Below are positions 1 through 12,181 of a stretch of 64,000 nucleotides of DNA, piece after piece (position 1 is the first letter of the stretch; the number at the start of each line of letters is the position of its first letter). The position numbers and the translations under genes are program-made. The notes below the pieces were generated by a model. It ran no database searches. It was not told the origin of the DNA and saw only the letters and a program-made list of their open reading frames with translations. The DNA is taken from contig NW_027361771.1 in assembly GCF_039654945.1 (NCBI RefSeq), positions 40,114,001-40,178,000 on the forward strand, in the 5' to 3' direction. This stretch comes from Dendrobates tinctorius (taxonomy: Eukaryota).

Positions 1-85
1 GTCATTCGTCACCCATACGCTGAGATATACTTTCATTTATACACTGCCAGGAGTATGCGCACAGTCCTCCATATAGTGACAATAC

Positions 86-182
86 CTTGGCAAAACGATT
101 ACTGCCAGTACGTTCCTTATGGAGGTTGTAGTCCAGCAGTCTTTGACAGAGCCCTTCTGTGACTTCTATCAGGCGGATATCA
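86..182 (-). CDS. CNPY3: CNPY3 coding exon 3 ([32 protein letters not shown]); gene continues past the left window edge
   Basis: Minus-strand translation closely resembles CNPY3/PRAT4A (human [32 protein letters not shown], recalled). Acceptor ttttcag and donor AAG|gtattg are present, and phase 2 matches the previous exon. Confidence 0.95.
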
Positions 183-470
183 CTGAAAAAAGAGAAAAGA
201 CAGAAATGTAATTATTATTTTGGAGAGTAGACATGTGGTAAAATGTCCAAGAATGAGGTCTCCAGCTCTACTGACAAAAATGAACAAAGAGGCAGTACCC
301 ATCCCAGACTGTAGGGCGGCAGCATACTGCCACATGTGGTAGTCCCAGAAAGAGTGAAGAGCGAAGCTCTGCCATGCAGGAAATAACCCGCTACGGCGGC
401 ATACTGTACCATGCATCACAGATGAAGCTCATGGAATCTACTACCGGAAGTACAGAAATGGAGAACTCAC

Positions 471-600
471 GAATTAGTGTACTTGATCTTGTTTTGTTTC
501 TTGTCCCCGTCAAGAAACCCATAGCGTGTATCAATAACTTCCCGTGTCCGGGACGTCTCTTCAAATGAGGATTTCAGCTCCAGGGCAACATACTTACAGA
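471..600 (-). CDS. CNPY3: CNPY3 coding exon 2 ([44 protein letters not shown])
   Basis: Acceptor ctcttgcag, donor TC|gtgagt, phase 1 in and phase 2 out. The VCKYVAxELKS motif fits CNPY3 rather than CNPY4. Confidence 0.95.
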
Positions 601-688
601 CTGCAAGAGAGAAACGTAGCGCTTATTTAACTAGCCGGCAATAGCAGACCGGACGGCACAGCAATCAAGCCGATTCTCAAATCCCTGC

Positions 689-957
689 TTAGGGCCTGTG
701 CACAGATCAAAAAACCTGAAGGGTTTCCTGATGCCAGCAAAGTGAATGAGAATCCTGAAGCCGCATGCACACAGAGCAGCTTCTACTGCAGATTTCACTC
801 ATACTGATGGGTGGGTAAAAATCTGCACCAAAAAGGATGTAAAAAATGCGGCAAAAAAGGCATCAAAACTGCACCTATTTTACACAGAGTTTTTCCTGCC
901 AAGAGATCAAGAAGTGGTGCAGAAATTTCTGCAGAAAAACGTGTGCACCTAGCCTTA
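689..957. mobile_element. PIF/Harbinger-type MITE
   Basis: tta-gggcctgtgcaca...tgtgcacctagcc-tta: imperfect TIRs with a TTA target duplication. Confidence 0.55.
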
Positions 958-3509
958 TTGGAGTTCAATGACCTCAGCACGTTGCAGCTATCACCAAGCA
1001 CCTGCTGTGTACAGCAGTCAACCTGACAAGATGGAGCTGCAGTGGAAAACATGGGGAGTACAGATGTGAGAGGTTTTAGGTGCCATTATTTTGTACATAT
1101 GCATTATTGCTGCCTTTAATTAAAGTTTATTTGGGGGGAAAACATTAAAGCGGTTCTCCAGTACTTTAAGATTAATGGCCTATCCTCTGATGGGGGTGCG
1201 ACACCTGGGACCCTCGCAGATCAGCTGGAGGATGTTATCACAGCACCGCTCCAACAACTGCCTTTTTATGCCACAAGCAGTCAGGACAATGTTTGCATTT
1301 CTGACATGTACAAACAAAAGCTAAATAACAGCAAAAAAAATGATATTAAACCTCCATCCATACCTATATGCACAAATTGCATAAATTTGTATATCAGTGG
1401 ACGCTTTATTTGTGATACATTGTACTTTACGTTAAGTTGGGGTGAATATGTTTTTAATTTATTAAAAAACAAAAACTGAGATATATAAAAGAAACTGGAA
1501 AAATTGCCACTGTTCAAACTTTCGATGTGTCTGCTCGTCATTTCAAAAAATGCTATTAATCTGCAGGCTAATAGCACCTTAACCTGCAAAGTGACCCCAT
1601 ATTTGCAGGGTTATAGCGTTTGGGGACATCACAGGTTTCCTTGAAAGCGTTAGCCATAGCCACACAAAAATAGTTAATAACTGACAGTTCCCATATGTCT
1701 GCTTTATGTTGGCATCGATTTTATCGTTCATTTATTTTGGTGTACATTGGATTGCTTATAAGTTTAGCAGCAATTTTTCCACATTTTTAAGAAATGTTAA
1801 AGAAACCTATTTTTTTTTCAAAGACCAATTTAGTTCTAAAGTGTCTTTGAGGGGGTCTGTATTTTATCCCCTCACCCACCCCAAAAAAAAAAATTTGACT
1901 ATTTTAAAAAGTTCATTTTTTGGTATTTATTAAGTATGTTAACCTTATAGGAGCTTCACATGAACTAATGCAAAGTAGATTTTTTTAAATTTTTTCATTC
2001 TATTATTTTTCCATTAAAATAAGGCTTTTAGCCCCTAGAAGGAGGAATAAGAGAAAAAGCTCACTGAAATCTGCTATCCAATTTCTCCCGAATACGGGAA
2101 GGCCATATATGTGACAGGCGCCATGTTGCATTTATGCCCCCGAGGAACCAGAACAGCAAAACCTACCAAAGACAGACCTACTTTGGAAACTATACCCCTT
2201 AAAGAGAGAAGGGAGCATTATAACTCCACATAGATTTTTATGGCATTGGGCAATAAAATTGAAAATTATATTTCAAAAATACTTTGTTTTGCTGATATTT
2301 TTCCCCAGAAAGAATCAGAGAAAAAAATACTGCAATTCGTTATGCAATTATAACAACAGCTCACAGTTTTCAGTCGCCATATTGGATATGCAGAGCTCCT
2401 GAGGTACCAGAGAAGTGAAAAACCCCATATGTGACCCCAATTTTGGAAAATACACCCCCATTTTAACCCACAGGTTTTCTTTACCGCTGTGCTGTGAAAA
2501 TTAAAAATTGTTTTAAAAAAATCTTTCACTTTTACAATGAACAAACAAAAAAATGTACCCTGTAATTAATGACACAATTTCACCATAGAATACTCCATAT
2601 GTGGTTGTATACTACTGCTTGGGTGCACAGCAGGGCTCAGAAGGGAAGGGGCTCCGTTAGAGAACAACATTATGAAGGTGACGTGACCAGAATGTAGCAA
2701 TCCGGGCTTTTTTTTAACTTTCAGAGAATCTCAATTAAAACAAACCCTAGATGACTGCTGTGGCTGCAATATAGGCCAAGATATAGCCATTAGTAGCCGG
2801 GACATTTCTCACCTCACATGTCCTGGGCCAACAGTAGTCATCCAGCAAGTACATATGAAACACATCCTTGGCAGAGATCGGTGTAAAGCCGGGTGCCCAC
2901 GATCCGGCACCAGCAGCGCTTTGGAAACTGCACGTGTTCGCTGGGTCCTAAGTGTTGCCGTCTATTGAACGCAGGGACCTCATGTGTTCTCTGAACTGCG
3001 TGGATCACCGCGTTCAATACATTCTATTGATGTAATTTCTCTTGTGGTGACTAATATCTCCACAAGTGAAATTGACATGCTCTGGAAAGACACGCCGGTG
3101 ATCTGCGGGCATCTGTGGATGCATAGTGGGCATGGGGTTTCTTGAAATCCCATCTATCACCTGCCTATGGCTCCATTCCATTCATTGTCTTTGGAACTGG
3201 GTGAAGAAGCCGAGTGCTGCACTCTGCTAACTCCAGCAATCCCGTAGAGAAGGAATGCAGTGCAGTGCAGTCCATTCCAACAGAGCCCTGCTCTACGGAT
3301 TAACGGAGATCCTTGTGGATGGATACCCACTCACAAAGAAGTTTGTGCAGGTGGCAACTATAAATGTTGCAAGTAACCCTTTAAATGGACTTTGGTCTGC
3401 CTACTCATATATGATTTGGGCACAAATCACAGGGATTCCCTACAACATTAAAAATAAAATCTCTTTGTCCCAGAAGTAAATAGCTTCTTTTTTTCTAACA
3501 ACTACATAC

Positions 3510-3600
3510 CTTCACATTTATTGGGAAGATGTACCCATTCATTGTCCACTGCATCTGCCAGTCTGACACTGAGGGGAAGAATGAGGAGCAGGATCCACAT
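3510..3600 (-). CDS. CNPY3: CNPY3 coding exon 1: signal peptide MWILLLILPLSVRLADA followed by VDNEWVHLPNKCE
   Basis: ATG at 3600-3598, hydrophobic signal peptide, WVxLPxKCE motif, donor GAAG|gtatgt. An acceptor (tttacag) at 3612-3610 implies an upstream non-coding exon. Confidence 0.93.
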
Positions 3601-4389
3601 AGCTGAGGCCTGTAAAGACACAAGTGACTGATAAGGCATAGGCTGTGAGGATGAACGGAAGACAATACTGCAACCCTTCCCCCTGTAACCTACACAACCA
3701 ACATCCGTAATGTAAAGCAGCACTGCAACATGCCCAAAGCCCCCCATGCACAGCTCCGATAAATGAAGAGTTGTGGAGGGGAAAACTGGGGCATGGGAAG
3801 TTCCCTAGGCAAGTGTACGTCCCAGTGTGAGGTCAGAGGGTGGCTGTAAGCACTAGACAAACTCACTGTTTGTGTCCGGGCCCACCAAACAATTCATGTG
3901 TATGGGGGTGTCCAGACTTTCCCCGACAGCAGAACACACAGCAGAGAAGGCTCAGGCAAGTTAGATGTCAACATACCCAATTGTAAGTTCCCAGAGTAGA
4001 ATAGCCATGGCGGGTTATCCCCACTCCCTTTGTTGAGCATACATGGACGCTAAGCTGATGCATGCTTCTGCTGTCCGGCATAGGACCTCTTTGCATCACT
4101 ACTCCATGTGGGCGCGCACACTTTTTCTTGGATTTTCTGAATATTATTTTTAGATTCTGCCTCTCACAGTTGAAGTGTACCTACGATAAGAATTGTAGCT
4201 GGAAAAACATCACACTTTCATCCTAGATGCCAATACAGCTGAAAGTAATGATAGACCGTCAGCTCACATTTCCCCTCTGCGTCTGATGTCTCATTACACC
4301 TCAACCGCTGTACCGAGATATGCAGGGGATCTGAAGACACCATGAAGAGACCGGAGCAGTAGGGGAACGGAAAGAGGTGAGCATTTTTT

Positions 4390-5710
4390 TTTCTATGTGG
4401 GCCCTATTATACTGTAGAGAGCACTATGTGGGGCCAACAGACATTAAAGAAGGCAATGCAGGGCACCGTTATACTGTACAGAGCACTATGTGGGGCTATT
4501 ATACTATTTGTAAAGCTATGCAGGGGGGCCACTGTCGCGCACAGCCCTATACGGGGCTATTATACTGTATGGAGCACTATGTGGGGCCATTATACTTTAT
4601 GGAAGGCAATACAGGGCCCCGTTATAGTGTATAGAGGACTACGTGGAACTATTATACTGTATAGAGCACTATGTGGTGCCATTGTACTGTATGGAGCACT
4701 ATGTGGAGCCATTGTACTGTATGGAGCACTATGTGGGACCATTTTACTGTATGGCGCACTATGTGGGGACATTATACTGTATGGAGCACTATGTGGGGCC
4801 ATTGTACTGTATGGAGCACTATGTGGGGCCATTGTACTGTATGGAGCACTATGTGGAGCCACTGTACTGTATGGAGCACTATGTGGGGCCATTGTACTGT
4901 ATGGAGCACTATGTGGGACCATTATACTGTATGGCGCACTATGTGGGGACATTATACTGTATGGAGCACTATGTGGGGCCATTATACTGTATGGAGCACT
5001 ATGTGGGGCCACTGTACTGTATGGAGCACTATGTGGAGCCACTGTACTGTATGGAGCACTATGTGGGGACATTGTACTGTATGGAGCACTATGTGGGGCC
5101 ATTATACTGTATGGAGCACTATGTGGGGCCATTGTACTGTATGGAGCACTATGTGGAGCCATTGTACTGTATGGAGCACTATGTGGAGCCATTGTACTGT
5201 ATGGAGCACTATATGGGACCATTATACTGTATGGCGCACTATGTGGGGACATTATACTGTATGGAGCACTATGTGGGGCCATGGTACTGTATGGAGCACA
5301 ATATAGGGCCATTATACTGTATGGAGCACAATATAGGGCCATTATACTTTATGGAAGGCAATGCAAGGCCCCGTTATAGTGTATGGAGGACTATGTGGGG
5401 CCATTATACTGTATGGAGCACTATGTGTAGCCATTGTACTGTATGGAGCACTATGTGGGAGGACTGTACTGTATGGAGCACTATGTGGGAGGAATGTACT
5501 GTATGGTGCACTATGTGGGGACATTATACTTTATGGAAGACAATGCAGGGCCCCATTATAGTGTTAGGAGGACTATGTGGGGCAATTATACTTTATGAAG
5601 GGCATTGCAGGGCCCCGTTCTACTGTATGGAGGACCATGTGGGGCCCATTATACCGTATAGAGCACTTTTTGTGGCCATTATACAGTATGGAACGCTGTG
5701 TGGGGATTAC
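4390..5710. repeat. 30-bp minisatellite, consensus ATTRTACTGTATGGAGCACTATGTGGGGCC
   Basis: 23 in-register units at 4651-5340 with degenerate flanking units. Confidence 0.97.
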
Positions 5711-5992
5711 AGTTGGAGAATCATAGTGTTATAGGGTCACCATTCTTTGTCGGAGGATTTAGGGAGGGGAGTACAGTAGGGTCGTCATACCATGCGGATG
5801 AAGGGTACTGTGGCAGAATTCACTGTTGGGATATCATACTGTGTTTGGGGGAAATTTAGTTTGCATCATAGTTTATTATCTGTATTATTTAGCCTTTCGT
5901 ATGACATATTTAAATTAGGCCATATGCTTTTTCCTGCTCTTACATGAAACATTATTCCAATATTTTATTCTAAGATCTATTTATTTAAAATA

Positions 5993-6565
5993 TACCATAT
6001 TTTTCGGATTATATGATGCCCTATTTTTCCCCCCAAATTTGGGGGAAAATGTGTCTGCGTCTTATAATCTGAATTGTAGCTGTGGTGGCGTGGGGTCCCA
6101 GGGTTGCTGCCGGAAGCTTCTGGCAATGGCAGAGGCCGGAGTCGGACGCTGGCTGTGGGCCTCAGACTGGTACAATGAGGTGTTCGTTGGTGTGGGGGCT
6201 TTGCTGACATTTTGTGAAAGCCTGGAGTCCCGTACTTCCCATACTCTTCTATGCGGTGGACTCCTGGAAAAAGGCCGCCGGAGGAACTGAGATCTCATTT
6301 GTGCACATGCCGCCTCGAGCGGCCATTTTCCCGGAGTCCACCGCATAGAAGAGTATGGAAAGTGCAGGGCTCCGGGCTTTCACAAAATGTTGATGCCTGC
6401 AGCCATGGCACAACTACTGCCGCCTTCGAACACCCCGTCCTAGCACCTTGGAGCCCGCAGCATCTCCTGACTAGGCCACCTGGGACTCCGCTCCACCACT
6501 GCTGCCCCTCACGCATCATTTTCTAAAAACAAACATTTTTTTCCGATTTTCCTCCTCAAAATTTG
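5993..6565. mobile_element. Tc1/mariner (pogo-like) MITE with internal ~190-bp palindrome
   Basis: TA-CCATATTTTTCGG start, the same terminus as the DIRS-split copy at 13701/20268. Inverted arms at ~6205-6290 and ~6305-6392. Confidence 0.6.
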
Positions 6566-7339
6566 TTGTATGTGGAGACGGGAAGGGACTTTTCCCTAAT
6601 ATAGTGAATGTCGGACGTCTGAAACAAGCCTAAAGCCATGTGCACACGGTCAGTTTTTTACCTCAGTTTGTGTAAGCCAAATCAGGAGTGGGTGATAAAT
6701 CCAGTAGTGGTGACGTGTTTCTCTTATACTTTTACTCTGACTGTCCCACTCCTGGTTTTGGCTTACAAATACTGAGGTAAAATACTGACAATGTGAACGT
6801 GGCCCAAGAGCGTGCTGTGCTCACTACACGTTAGTGGTTTCCAGACCATGATGATGTGCACTGTGGTTTATATGAAGATGGAGTCAAGATTTCTTCTTTT
6901 AAAGGGAATGTGTCATCAGAAAATGGCTTATTGTTGTTGGCTATTGACAAACATGAAAAAGAAATATATGTAGCACAAAACCCCGGTCATTTTCTTATGA
7001 TACATTGCTACTAACCCGGAGGCGATGGCCGCACAAGAGGGGGGCTTACTATGGATGGGACCGACACTACTTCTGGGTATCATCAGAGTCACAGCCTTTT
7101 CACAGAACAGCAGGGCATGTGCACCATGCTTGTAACCATGGCAACTGGGCCCCACCACCTTATATCATCAGGGTGGGAGATCAATGCGCCAGACTGGGCT
7201 GTCCAGTGCACAGTACCCAGAAGCATGTCATTACAGGTAACCTGTACAGTGTGAAGCCGCCTACTCTACAGCACAAAATGGCTGGCCGTGCATGGAATGA
7301 GTAGTACCGAGTATACCCGCCGCTATACATCCTCCTCAC

Positions 7340-7380
7340 CTCATTCAGCGGTCTCTCTCTCCGGTAACTTCCGTTTTCTG
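7340..7380 (-). other. CNPY3: Putative non-coding first exon of CNPY3
   Basis: Minus-strand donor GAG|gtgagg at 7339 within a CpG-rich promoter-like segment. The 5' boundary is approximate. Confidence 0.5.
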
Positions 7381-7600
7381 CTGTCACGTGGGGTAGGAGC
7401 CAATCCTAGAGCGCGCCGTGTTCTCTATTCACTTGGCTCCCTTTCTGTTCCAAGGCGTAATACAAGACATATCCGCTAGGGGCCGCTCAGAATATATTTT
7501 CAGAGACGATTTCTGACAAAAATCTCCCTGGAAAGTCCCAGGTAACTCCGCCCCATTATGTCATTGAGTCATGTGACCCAGGACTATATAAGCAGCTGTA
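7360..7600. promoter_or_regulatory. Putative bidirectional promoter for CNPY3 (-) and the TMEM176-like gene (+)
   Basis: ETS ACTTCCG ~7367, E-box CACGTG 7385-7390, CCAAT 7400-7404, NF-kB GGAAAGTCCC (reverse complement GGGACTTTCC) 7530-7539, GC box CCGCCC ~7548, AP-1 TGAGTCA 7565-7571 overlapping TCATGTGA (MiT/TFE M-box), TATATAAG 7585-7592. Outward-facing donors lie on both sides. Confidence 0.65.
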
Positions 7601-7614
7601 CAGGATTTTTTAGT

Positions 7615-7646
7615 AGTCGACGTCGTTGCGCAGTTTTGTGGAGAAG
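7615..7646 (+). other. Putative non-coding first exon of the TMEM176-like gene
   Basis: Begins ~30 nt after the TATA box and ends at a strong donor AAG|gtgagg (7647). The ATG exon has an acceptor at 20938, which requires an upstream exon. Confidence 0.55.
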
Positions 7647-8139
7647 GTGAGGGTGCAGCTCTGCTGAAGGTACTGAGGCGCCATAGCGCGGGGTGCTGGC
7701 TCGCTCGCAGGGCCCAGCTGTACATTGTGGGCTGGAGGGAGGGGGAGGTGTTCAGCGTCTATGGATAGTAGTGGACTTAAAGGGGTGGTCTGTTATTTGG
7801 ATGACCTCCTTGGTAAATGCTTGGGTGACATAAGATAAGCATCTAGTCCTCTGCGTGTCGCTGTCACATTCTATTATGTTAACGCTGCAGCCAATCGTGG
7901 TCACTGATGGGCTGCAGTTTGTCAATACTTGTCAGAGTAGATGTGCTCTCTATATGGGGTCTGCAGCCCATCCCCGACTTCTGATTGTTGTCATGTGAGC
8001 GCCACGGACCGTGCCGCAAACGTTGCTGGGGCGAGGCAGTGTAATGTGGGGGGGGATGATGATCTTACAAATGGGACACTGCTTACCAATGCTGTTCGGC
8101 GGATGATCGCAGCGTCCAAAATGCTATGTTATTCTCATT

Positions 8140-8402
8140 TGCACAAGGAAAGACTAGAAGCAATGGGATGAAACTGAATGGGAGGAGACACAAATTAGAT
8201 ATTAGAAAAAACTTTTTGACAGAGTGATCAGTGAGTGGAACAGGCTGCCACGAGAAGTGGTGAGTTCTCCTTCAATGGAAGTCTTCAAACAGAGGCTGGA
8301 CAGACATCTGTCTGGGATGATTTAGTGAATCCTGCTTTGAGCAGGGGGTTGGACCAGATGGCCCAGGAGGTCCCTTCCATCTCTACCATTCTATGATTCT
8401 AT
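8140..8402 (+). mobile_element. CR1 LINE 3' end (5'-truncated)
   Basis: Encodes RTRSNGMKL...WNRLPREVVSSPSMEVFKQRLDRHL (CR1 ORF2 C-terminus), followed by the CR1 3'UTR and an (ATTCTATG)n tail. Confidence 0.92.
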
Positions 8403-9307
8403 ACAATGGATGTGATTAATAGAAATCCATGCCCACTCTGCTTCTTTACGCTGGTGTAAGTTTCCGAGCCGCAGCAGGTCAAGTTCTCTCTTCTGTGCAG
8501 ACCCCAAGGCACTCGGGAAGAGCCGGGCAAAGTGCCTGAATTGGTGCATCTGATGTGATTCGCCAATTCTGGGGCGGCTGCCGGCTGGGAAGGGTCCAAT
8601 AACTGTAGACCTTTCCACCCCAATAATATAAGTCCCCAGCTGTCTGCTTTTCCTTGGCTGGTTATCAAGAATGTCACTTTTTTTAACATTTATTGGGTTA
8701 CTACAATTACGCAAGGCACTAATAAATCTCATGAATATCTATCTATACTTTACAAAAACGCAAGTGAGTGGAGGCGTGGAATTCATATGGAAATTCACCT
8801 GCGGCAAAGCCTGAGCAAACACTGATGGTGTGCACGTACCCTTCTACTCATTGCTGTCCTTTCAGAAAGTTTTCAGCAGGCGGATTATCACCAGAGGCAG
8901 GATTACTGTAAGGTAATGTGTATAAGACAAGATCCAGCGATCCCAGTAGGTGAGGTCACTGGGGTGCGGACCCCACTCCCCCTCCCGTGACAGTGACCTT
9001 TGCACAGGCTATTGTATACACTACAATATAAAAGATGGCGTCAGAGTCTGCATTATTGCTCCATGCATGTGTTGTGACTGCAGTAAAACAATAAGTCACT
9101 GATTTCTCGATTCCCTTTTAATTACACTACTTCCTTGATGAATATATTGATAAAGCCGCAGGGAGCGGCCGAGGTGCCAATAAAAACTGTTTTCATTGTT
9201 TGTTGAACAGTCGGTCATTTGTTTTTCGAAGGGAGCGGCAGCTTCACCCATAAAATGGAGCTGCGGGTGGTAAGGGTAGGACCAAACGTGTGGTTTGTGA
9301 AAAGCAG

Positions 9308-9934
9308 ATGTCCCATTATGGCGACTGGTGCAGATCTCCGTGGTCAGTTCCTTGCCAAACTACAATGTCCCATTATGGCGACTGGTGCAGATCTCCGTGG
9401 TCAGCTCCTTGCCAAACTACAATGTCCCATTATGGCGACTGGTGCAGATCTCTGTGGTCAGCTCCTTGCCAAACTACAATGTCCCATTATGGCGACTGGT
9501 GCAGATCTCCGTGGTCAGCTCCTTGCCAAACTACAATGTCCCATTATGGCGACTGGTGCAGATCTCTGTGGTCAGCTCCTTGCCAAACTACAATGTCCCA
9601 TCATGGCGACTGGTGCAGATCTCCGTGGTCAGCTCCTTGCCAAACTACAATGTCCCATTATGGCGACTGGTGCAGATCTCCGTGGTCAGCTCCTTGCCAA
9701 ACTACAATGTCCCATCATGGCGACTGGTGCAGATCTCCGTGGTCAGCTCCTTGCCAAACTACAATGTCCCATTATGGCGACTGGTGCAGATCTCCGTGGT
9801 CAGCTCCTTGCCAAACTACAATGTCCCATTATGGCGACTGGTGCAGATCTCCGTGGTCAGCTCCTTGCCAAACTACAATGTCCCATTATGGCGACTGGTG
9901 CAGATCTCCGTGGTCAGCTCCTTGCCAAACTACA
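9308..9934. repeat. 57-bp minisatellite, 11 near-identical copies
   Basis: Unit ATGTCCCATTATGGCGACTGGTGCAGATCTCCGTGGTCAGCTCCTTGCCAAACTACA, with only a few variant sites. Confidence 0.98.
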
Positions 9935-10179
9935 AGTTATCACCTATTAGGTGAAACACTTCCTGCAACGGAATACCACCGTAAAATGTTTCTGCACCCT
10001 AATAATAATTTGAACTTAGATATTCTGATACTGAAATAGCACAGAAAGAGGACTTAAAAATCCTCCAATAATAGAAAACAGCAGAAAGGTTTACCCGTCC
10101 AGGCCTCCAGACAAATGCATCAGGATGCAGTGGACCATATAATTAAGCTGGCAACACAGGTGCAAGAATACTGATGAGA

Positions 10180-10447
10180 CAACCGCTCACAGCCTACCAA
10201 TACATGGAGGGGGCGGTTGCCTGGTATGTTGATGCACAATAAAAAACTTGTATGCAGCGCTGTTCACACTATGGCTATGCACAGCATCCAGGCCAGCCTA
10301 GTAGTGACACCCTTCTAATAGCTCATGCGGGCTGTCCCAGCGCTATAAAAAATGCATGCCATGTGAACAGACGCCGCAGTTTTTTATTGTGCATTAACAT
10401 ACCAGGCAGCCGCCCCCTCCCTGTATTGGTAGGCTGTGAGCGGTTGT
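10180..10447. repeat. Imperfect ~270-bp palindrome (MITE interior)
   Basis: aaccgctcacagcctaccaataca... mirrored by ...tgtattggtaggctgtgagcggtt. Confidence 0.75.
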
Positions 10448-11024
10448 TTCATCGGTCGCTGATTGGCTGCAGGGCTCGCGTAGCATAGTAATGTCATGCA
10501 AGCCTCTGGATGTTCGCTGACATCACTGGACAGCGCTAGTAAAGGAGGTGTGTTTTAGTGGATAAGCTCTTTGCCTGTAAAATATTTAAAAAAAAAAAAA
10601 AATTGTAAATCTGCCCATAATTGGTATAGTTTAGGTCTGCAATGACCTGAACTATAAAAATACCATGTTATTTACCTACATGTTGAACATTGCTAAGAAA
10701 AAAAAATGGTAGATTTTTTTTTTTTTTTTTTGTTCATATAGGGGGAAAAAAAGTATATATAGGACATCAGACTGAATTCCTGTTTCTGTGGAATATTCAG
10801 ACATGTCTCAACATGCACAGAAAGCTCTCTCTAAGGGCTCATACTCCTCTGCGAGGAAAACAGCCGCGTGCAATCCGATAGGTCAGATTGCTCTCTGACC
10901 AATAGTAATCTGAGTCACAGCTCATCTGTGATATATATTTTTTTCCCTTCTCTCTCACATCGGGACGAGAAAAAAAATCGTAAAATAGTACAAACACAAT
11001 AAACTTGATAAACAAGTATCACTC

Positions 11025-11538
11025 TTAACCCTTTCACGACACTTGACGTGCTATACCATCCATGTGCCCTGGGCCTAAATGCCCTTGGACGGTATAGTAC
11101 GTCATGTGCGATCAGCCGCGCTCATGGGGGGTGTCAGCTGATTCTCGCAGCTTACACCCGGCACTTTAACCCCCAAAACATGATCGCAGCATTCCAGGAG
11201 CAGGCAGAGGGGTTGTCAGCTCTGACAGCCCCTCTGCCTTTGGATTGGAGACCCCGCATTATGACGACATCCGGGTCTCCAGGCCTGAGAGACTTCCTGT
11301 CATGCGCAGTGCATGTCAGGAAGTCTCTCAGGTTAGTGCATAGAAGCTGCAGCGCTGACAGTAAAAGTACACATATTTAGTATCGTCGCGGCCGTAACGA
11401 CCCGACCTATAATACTGTCCCACTTAGTGAACACCATTAAAAAAAGGCAAAATAAACCAATGCTTTATCATCATACCGCCGAACAAAAAGTGGAATAACA
11501 CGCGATCAACAAGATAGGTGTAAATAAACGTGGTAAAT

Positions 11539-11574
<36 letters not shown>

Positions 11575-12181
11575 ATTCCTGTGTAGCACCTGAAGGGTTA
11601 ATAAACTTCTTAACTGTGGTTTTGAGCTCCTTGAGGGGTGCAGTTTTTAGAATGGTGTCACTTTTGGGTATTTCCTGGGTATTTTCTATCAAATAGACCC
11701 CTCAAAGTAACTTCAAATGTGATGAGATCCCTTAAAAAAAAAAAAAAAAAAAAAAAAATGGTTTTGTAAACTTTGTTGTAAAAATGAGAAATCGCTGATA
11801 AAATTTTAACCCTTAACTTCGTAGCAAAAAAAATTTTAGTTCCAAAATTGTGCTGATGTAAAGTAAACATGTGGTAAATGTTACTTAAGTATTTCATGTG
11901 ACATATTTCTGTGATTTAAGGGCATAAAAATTCAACGTTGGAAAGTTGTGAAATTTTCAAAGTTTTTGCCAAATTTCTGTTTTTTTTCACAAACACAAGT
12001 TATATCAAAGAAATTTTACCACTAACATGAAGTACAATATGTCATGAGAAAACATTGTCAGAATCACCGGGATCCATGGAAGCGTTCCAGAGTTATTACC
12101 TCATAAAGGGACAGTGGTCAGAATTGTAAAAATTGGCCCGGTCATGAACGTGCAAACCAACCTCGGGAGTAAAGGTGTTAA
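11025..12181. mobile_element. TTAA-flanked non-autonomous element (piggyBac-like)
   Basis: ttaa-ccctttcacgac...gtaaaggtg-ttaa. The 3' ~90 bp recur almost identically at 22021-22097. Confidence 0.6.

Noticed and set aside
4426-5734. Long repetitive ORFs (317, 363, 250, 211 aa)
   Set aside because: Artefacts of a stop-free 30-bp tandem repeat; open in several frames on both strands and intronic.
7385-7404. ER-stress element (ERSE) for CNPY3
   Set aside because: CCAAT and CCACG are present, but orientation and spacing fit neither CCAAT-N9-CCACG nor ATTGG-N-CCACG.
9219-10039. ORFs of 208-249 aa, or a CRISPR-like array
   Set aside because: Pure tandem repeat with no unique spacers, in a eukaryotic context with no cas genes.
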